From the NCBI GenBank assembly GCA_038877255.1, contig JAVYWZ010000001.1, positions 24,960-88,959 on the forward strand: a stretch of DNA of 64,000 bases, read 5' to 3'. This stretch comes from Candidatus Micrarchaeaceae archaeon. Its GTDB lineage: Archaea; Micrarchaeota; Micrarchaeia; Micrarchaeales; CABMGC01. Below are positions 58,812 to 64,000 of this stretch, one piece after another; positions within the stretch are counted from its first letter, which is position 1; each line of letters starts with the position of its first letter. Both the position numbers and the translations under genes were made by a program. Below the pieces are notes generated by a model. The model searched no databases and had not been told where the DNA came from. It saw nothing but the letters and a program-made list of their open reading frames with translations.

Positions 58812-60254
58812 ATGTTTATGCCGGTAGCAAAGCTAAACGTATTTAATACGCTTTCAAGGAGCAAGGAAGAGCTAATTCCGTTTGAAAACAACACTTTGCA
58901 CATGTTTGTGTGCGGCCAAACAGTATATGACGATGCACACATAGGTCATGCAAAGACCTATGTGGCATTTGCGGTAATCGCAAGATGGCTTAGGCATTTG
59001 GGCTACAAGCTTACGTATGCGCAAAACATAACCGATGTTGAAGACAAGATAATAGCAAGAGCGAACGAACAGGGCATAAGTGCCAAAGAGCTTGCTGAAA
59101 AATACACGCAAAGATTCTTTGAAGACATGCAGGCGCTGAATATCAAAAAAGACGTTGATGTTTGGCCGAAGTCGAGCGAGTACATAGATGCTATAAGAAA
59201 CCAGATTCAGCTACTTGTAAGCATGGGCTATGCATACCTGCTTGGCGGAAGCGTTTATTACGATGTCGCAAAGTTTGCCGATTATACAAAGCTGTCGGGC
59301 ATGAACATAGACGAGCTGAACAAGCACAGGATAGAGCCCGAAGAGGGCAAGCACAACGTTTACGACTTTTCTCTCTGGAAGGCGGCAAAGCCCGGCGAGC
59401 CTCACTGGCAGATACGGCTAAATGTAGAAGGCAGAGAAATCGTGCTTGATGGCAGGCCAGGCTGGCACATAGAAGACACAGCTATGTCTTATACGCTCTT
59501 CGGGCCACAGTACGACCTGCACGGCGGTGCGCAGGAACTTATATTCCCGCACCATACCAACGAAATAGCTCAGGCAGAGGCTGCGTTTGGCAAAAAGCCT
59601 TTTGTAAAGTACTGGCTGCACAGCGGTGTTGTCACTGTAAAAGGTTCAAAGATGAGCAAGAGCCTTAAGAACTTCATAAAAATAAGGGATTTCATAAGCA
59701 TGTACGGCGCCGAAGCATTGAAGATGCTTGTGCTTTCGACGCACTATCGAAAAGAAATAGACTATGAAGAAAGGCTCGCAATCAGTGCAAGGAGCAGAGT
59801 AAGGTATATGCATTCTGCATTCAGCATTTTCTACAACGCGCAGGAAAGCGACGGCGCAGATGCCGAGAAAGAGATAAATGATACAATAGAGCGCATGAAA
59901 AATTCTTTCGAAAGCGCAATGAATGACGACTTCAATACGCCATTGGCGATAGCAGCATTGGTGAGAGCAATATCCGAACTTAGAAACATAGCGAGTACGA
60001 ACAGGTATATAAGTAAAAATTCAAAAGCAGCTGCTGTGAAAAACGTTCTTTATTACGCTAACATTCTCGGCCTTCTAGAAGTAACTGATTATAAGAAGCA
60101 ATTGCCAAGGGAAGCAGAGGAGCTCATAGATCAGAGAGATAAATTAAGGCAGACCGGCAGGTTTGAAGATGCAGATAAAATACGGGAAAAGCTGAAGACT
60201 GATTTTGGCATAAGTATAGAAGACACGGAATACGGCACTATCTGGTACTATTAG
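58812..60254 (+). CDS. cysS: Cysteinyl-tRNA synthetase
   Basis: VCGQTVYD..HIGH, NITDVEDKII, GRPGWHIED, FPHHTNE, KMSKS. Confidence 0.95.
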   Translation: MFMPVAKLNVFNTLSRSKEELIPFENNTLHMFVCGQTVYDDAHIGHAKTYVAFAVIARWLRHLGYKLTYAQNITDVEDKIIARANEQGISAKELAEKYTQRFFEDMQALNIKKDVDVWPKSSEYIDAIRNQIQLLVSMGYAYLLGGSVYYDVAKFADYTKLSGMNIDELNKHRIEPEEGKHNVYDFSLWKAAKPGEPHWQIRLNVEGREIVLDGRPGWHIEDTAMSYTLFGPQYDLHGGAQELIFPHHTNEIAQAEAAFGKKPFVKYWLHSGVVTVKGSKMSKSLKNFIKIRDFISMYGAEALKMLVLSTHYRKEIDYEERLAISARSRVRYMHSAFSIFYNAQESDGADAEKEINDTIERMKNSFESAMNDDFNTPLAIAALVRAISELRNIASTNRYISKNSKAAAVKNVLYYANILGLLEVTDYKKQLPREAEELIDQRDKLRQTGRFEDADKIREKLKTDFGISIEDTEYGTIWYY

Positions 60255-60299
60255 GCAAGAGCCTTGTCTCATTCTAATTCTAATTCTCATCTAATCTAA

Positions 60300-60345
60300 T
60301 CGCCTCGCAAGGAGACCCCATGCGTGAGCGTGGGGAGGAATAGGA
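60300..60345 (+). mobile_element. IS200/IS605-type left-end hairpin remnant
   Basis: CTCGCAAGGAGACCCCATGCGTGAGCGTGGGGAGGAAT resembles the LE of the 36642-36918 element. Confidence 0.6.
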
Positions 60346-60687
60346 TGTTGACTTTTCTATCATAACATATCACTACTTTTTATCATTTACCAATTATATC
60401 ACTTTCACAATTTCCCATGCACATCGTATCTAGACAGTGCAATGTAGTGTTTGGCATAATTTCCTGTATGCCCGTGACTCTTTGCCACAATTCTTGCGCA
60501 GCCAGAACCTCAACTATTATTTTTGCTGGTCGCTATATTCAGGTTATCACTTTGTCCCTACTTACTGCAGGGGTTTGTCGTCGAAGAAAGAAGGTAGCCC
60601 CTGTTGTAGGGATTTAATTTGCATTCGGAAGAATAGGCATTTAAAAATTCAACATGCTAATATACGCGTACGAAAAGATGGTAACTC

Positions 60688-61815
60688 ATGGAAGAACTAA
60701 TTAAGTTAATTTACAAGGAGCCGACTGAGGAGGTGCTGACTGACAATAAAGTTAAGGAGTATTTAACTCAAGGTACTCCTTTCAAACATTATATAGGCTA
60801 CGAAATTTCTGGCTATGTGCATTTAGGTACAGGTCCCCTATGTATGAGTAAGGTTGCAGATTTCCAAAAGGCAGGAATTAATACTACAATTTTTTTAGCA
60901 GATTACCATTCTTGGATAAATAAAAAACTAGGTGGGGATTTATCAACTATAAGAAGAGTTGCTGGTAGTTATTTCAAAGAAGCCCTAAAACAGTCATTAA
61001 AAATCGTAGGTGGTAATCCTGACGATGTGAATTATGTTTTAGGTTCTGAACTGTATAGAAAAGCTGGGTCTGATTATCTTGAAACTCTTCTAAAAATATC
61101 AATGAATACATCACTTTCCAGAATAAGGAGATCAATAACTATTATGGGAAGAAAAGAAGGTGAAATTATTGATTTTGCTCAATTAATTTATCCACCTATG
61201 CAGGTAGCAGATATATTTGCTCTTAATGTAAACTTGGCTCACGGTGGAATGGATCAAAGGAAAGCTCATGTTATAGCATTAGAGATTGGTGAAAAGGTTG
61301 CAGGATATAAACCAGTAGCAGTTCATCACCATTTGTTAATTGGAATGCACATTACCGAAGATGTGAAACAAAAAATTTTAAGAGCTAAAAGAGAAGGAAA
61401 TAGAGAATTATTTGAAGAGGGAATAATAGATATTAAAATGTCAAAATCAAAACCAGAAAGTGCCATTTTTATTCATGATACACCCGAAGATATTGAAAGA
61501 AAAATTAAAAAGACTTATTGCCCACCAAAAGAGATTGAATTAAATCCTGTTATGGAACTTGCAAAATATATATTATTTAGAGGAGGAGAAAAAGAATTTG
61601 AGATAATTAATGTAAAAACTCACGAAAGAAGAATCTATGAAACATACCAAGAACTAGAAAAAGATTATATGTCAGGAAAAATACATCCAGCTGATTTAAA
61701 ATCAAGTGTAAGTTCTGAACTTATTAATCTTCTTAGGCCAGCAAGGAAATATTTCTTAGATGGTCCTGGAAAGAAATGTTTAGAAGATATGAAAGAAATA
61801 AAAGTTAGCAGATAG
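60688..61815 (+). CDS. tyrS: Tyrosyl-tRNA synthetase (AT-rich, likely horizontally acquired)
   Basis: [44 protein letters not shown]. Confidence 0.96.
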   Translation: MEELIKLIYKEPTEEVLTDNKVKEYLTQGTPFKHYIGYEISGYVHLGTGPLCMSKVADFQKAGINTTIFLADYHSWINKKLGGDLSTIRRVAGSYFKEALKQSLKIVGGNPDDVNYVLGSELYRKAGSDYLETLLKISMNTSLSRIRRSITIMGRKEGEIIDFAQLIYPPMQVADIFALNVNLAHGGMDQRKAHVIALEIGEKVAGYKPVAVHHHLLIGMHITEDVKQKILRAKREGNRELFEEGIIDIKMSKSKPESAIFIHDTPEDIERKIKKTYCPPKEIELNPVMELAKYILFRGGEKEFEIINVKTHERRIYETYQELEKDYMSGKIHPADLKSSVSSELINLLRPARKYFLDGPGKKCLEDMKEIKVSR

Positions 61816-61826
61816 GCATTTCAATC

Positions 61827-62315
61827 TCATTGCCCTTGGGTTGTTTCTTGTTCGTGGTGTTCTTCTGTTTGTGGGCTTGCCTGCGTTAACTCTTCTTTTA
61901 TTTCGCTGCTTATCTGCTTGCCGCCACGCTTCTGTTGTTTGCCAGAGTTCGCATCAGCAAAAAGCAAATCAGGGTCCTCTTCCTGATGGAAATCCATCCA
62001 TTCTTTTATGTAAGTGGCCATGTTCTTGAAGGGCTTTGAGTAGCGGTCTGTAAAGCTATATGCGTTATCCTCGTGCTTCAGCAGACCTACTTGAACGCCA
62101 AAGTCAAGGTAGCGCTTCCATGTAGCAATAGGCAATGAGCTGTCGCAATCTCTGAGTCTTAGCGAACCGGATTTCTTTACCGCAAGCAGCGCCTTTGCGA
62201 ACCTGTACGCTCTTGTGTCGTTGTCAAAATAAATTTTTGCCACTTCCTTTACGTTTATGCTCTTTAGCTTTTCCTTGAGCGGTGCATCCTCGTATTCCCA
62301 GTATCTGATCGCCAT
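61827..62315 (-). CDS. Hypothetical protein (possible winged helix)
   Basis: TWKRYLDFGVQVGLLKH...YSFT pattern; acidic/Gln-rich tail. Confidence 0.6.
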   Translation of the reverse strand: MAIRYWEYEDAPLKEKLKSINVKEVAKIYFDNDTRAYRFAKALLAVKKSGSLRLRDCDSSLPIATWKRYLDFGVQVGLLKHEDNAYSFTDRYSKPFKNMATYIKEWMDFHQEEDPDLLFADANSGKQQKRGGKQISSEIKEELTQASPQTEEHHEQETTQGQ

Positions 62316-62350
62316 GCTTCTCAATAATAATTGCAGAGCAATAAATTTAA

Positions 62351-62584
62351 CTCTTGCGAGCAGGAAGCCCTGACTTAGCAAGCGCATAAGCGAGCAAAGT
62401 ATTTATAGTTTGATATATCAAAATATGTTGAAAATCAAGGCAAATAATATGGAAAAAGTAGAAAAGAACAATGTAATAAAGGAAAAGGCAAGGCAACAAG
62501 CAAAGCAAGCATTGCCGTTGAAGCGAGAAGCTCCAAACAAGCAGATGTGGCGTAAGCTAAGTCTGTAAGAGCTTGGTAGTTCAC
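62351..62584 (+). mobile_element. Non-autonomous IS200/IS605-type mini-element (234 bp) with internally deleted tnpB-like ORF
   Basis: TTTAA|CTCTTGCGAGCAGGAAGCCCTGAC at the left; CCGTTGAAGCGAGAAGCTCC...GAGCTTGGTAGTTCAC at the right; 47-aa ORF 62425-62568. Confidence 0.65.
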
Positions 62585-62643
62585 TAAGCAAAAGGTGAGC
62601 CTGTTGCACGCGAGTATTCTTCTGATTTTACTTCCTGATTCTG

Positions 62644-63225
62644 TTGGAAAATGTGATAAGCATGGAAGACCATAAAGCGCTTATTGCAAAAAAGATGTTC
62701 TTTACAAAAGGCGTAGGAAGGGACTCTACGCAGCTTGGTTCTTTCGAACAGGCATTGCGCGATGCTCGCATTCAAATGTTTAATCTCGTTCGTGTCTCTA
62801 GCATAATACCACCTAATTGCGAGCTCATAAAACATGATGAGGGATTGCAGCTCCTAGTTCCAGGGCAGGTTGTTTTTTTGGTAATGAGCAGGGTAGAATC
62901 AAACGAGCCTAACAGGCTCATAGCGGCTAGCGTAGGTGCGGCGATGCCAAAAGACAGGAACCAGTACGGTTATTTGAGCGAATACGAAGCGTATGGTGAG
63001 ACTGAAGAGGTAGCGGGAGACAAGGCCGAGGATCTTGCAGCTACGATGCTTGCGACTACGTTGGGAATAGAGTTCAACACCTATCAAGGCTGGGATGAAA
63101 AAGAGCAGGTGTTCAAAATGAGCAACAAGATAGTGAGAACATTTAACGTTACCCAGTCTGCAGTAGTAGGCAAAGACGGCAAATGGACCACTACCATAGC
63201 AGCCGCAGTGTTTGTTACGCACTAG
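62644..63225 (+). CDS. pdaD: Pyruvoyl-dependent arginine decarboxylase
   Basis: SFEQALRDA...NLVRVSSIIPP cleavage site, GYLSE, WTTTIAAAV. Confidence 0.92.
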   Translation: MENVISMEDHKALIAKKMFFTKGVGRDSTQLGSFEQALRDARIQMFNLVRVSSIIPPNCELIKHDEGLQLLVPGQVVFLVMSRVESNEPNRLIAASVGAAMPKDRNQYGYLSEYEAYGETEEVAGDKAEDLAATMLATTLGIEFNTYQGWDEKEQVFKMSNKIVRTFNVTQSAVVGKDGKWTTTIAAAVFVTH

Positions 63226-63261
63226 ACTAGCCAAGTGCTCTAACAGATCAGGTAATTGATT

Positions 63262-64000
63262 ATGTCAATGTCAAACGGCTTTTTTGAAAAGCTAATAGCA
63301 GGCAAATGGATTGCAGGTCCTAATATAAACGATGCAATAAAAAGATCAATGCAGCTTAACAAATCAAATGAACACGCGATAATAAACTTTCTTGGTGAAG
63401 AGTACACAGATAAAGCAAATGTGAGTGAGACAGTTGCCGAGTATATGCGGCTCATCTCCGCCATACAGCGCAGTGGAGTAAGTGCTGATATCTCGCTAAA
63501 GCCTACGCAGTTGGGTCTTCGTATAGGCTATGCATATGCTGCCAATAACTACGCAAAAATAGTAAATGAGGCGCGCGCAAAAGGCATTTTTACGTGGCTT
63601 GACATGGAATCGAGTAGCACAACAGACAGCACGATAAAAATGTACAAAAGCGTCTTGGACAGCAAATCAAACGTAGGCATCTGCCTGCAGAGTTACCTTA
63701 AGCGCACGCTAAGCGACATGAGGTCACTTGTTAATAGGCATGCGGTGATAAGGCTTGTGAAAGGCGCTTACAGAGAATATGGCAAGAGAGCGTTCCAAAG
63801 CAGGCAAGAGGTAAACAATAACTATGTGTTGCTTATGCGCTACCTGTTCAAAAATTCTAGCACTTTCACAATAGCGACGCACGACGATACAATTATAGCA
63901 GAAGCAAGAGAGCTTAACAAATCCTACCAGAGGCATGTAACTTATGCGTTCCTGAACGGCATAAGGACAAAGCTTGCAAGAGGCATGGCAATGCAGGGCG
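63262..64000 (+). CDS. Proline dehydrogenase (monofunctional), truncated by window end; not in ORF track
   Basis: Manual translation: WIAG, NFLGE, ISLKPTQLG, WLDME, CLQSYLKRT, RLVKGAY, IATHD. Confidence 0.9.
   Translation, partial: MSMSNGFFEKLIAGKWIAGPNINDAIKRSMQLNKSNEHAIINFLGEEYTDKANVSETVAEYMRLISAIQRSGVSADISLKPTQLGLRIGYAYAANNYAKIVNEARAKGIFTWLDMESSSTTDSTIKMYKSVLDSKSNVGICLQSYLKRTLSDMRSLVNRHAVIRLVKGAYREYGKRAFQSRQEVNNNYVLLMRYLFKNSSTFTIATHDDTIIAEARELNKSYQRHVTYAFLNGIRTKLARGMAMQG

Noticed and set aside
62425..62568. Polyamine-sensing leader peptide for pdaD
   Set aside because: Its 3' part coincides with an IS605-type right end, so a tnpB deletion remnant is the simpler explanation.
60300..62584. 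Single composite transposon from LE 60300 to RE 62584 carrying tyrS
   Set aside because: The RE pairs better with its own LE at 62351, the hairpins differ, and the intervening 61827-62315 gene has host-like composition.
1..64000. CRISPR array or cas genes
   Set aside because: No regularly spaced direct repeats and no cas motifs were seen.

Overview
This is a 64 kb core-genome window from an archaeon, most likely a DPANN lineage such as Micrarchaeota. That placement is inferred from the split RpoB/RpoA, archaeal ribosomal proteins, FtsZ, an unlinked and divergent 23S rRNA, tRNA-Ile(UAU) and a T-loop tRNA intron. It contains most of a 23S rRNA gene, three tRNAs, a complete 2-oxoacid (pyruvate) dehydrogenase operon with a lipoate ligase, and the S13-S4-S11 cluster. 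It also holds SRP54, the rpoH-B''-B'-A'-A'' operon, PolB, five class I aminoacyl-tRNA synthetases, KEOPS Kae1/Bud32, FtsZ and a PadR-ABC-COG1361 operon. Seven less obvious signals stand out. (1) A pilin-like adhesin has two AT-rich variable cassettes bracketed by near-identical DNA boxes. (2) There are seven transposase-less IS200/IS605-type mini-elements or end remnants, some with plausible TAMs and possible stand-alone omegaRNA function. (3) A ~200 bp inverted duplication of the argS 3' end marks an ~8 kb inversion. (4) tyrS looks compositionally foreign and sits behind an IS end. (5) tRNA-Ile(UAU) occurs in an ATA-rich genome. (6) Normally invariant positions are substituted in both the RNA polymerase active centre and the 23S peptidyl-transferase centre. 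(7) The ORF track missed tiny basic ORFs. All calls come from reading motifs by eye; no database searches were run.
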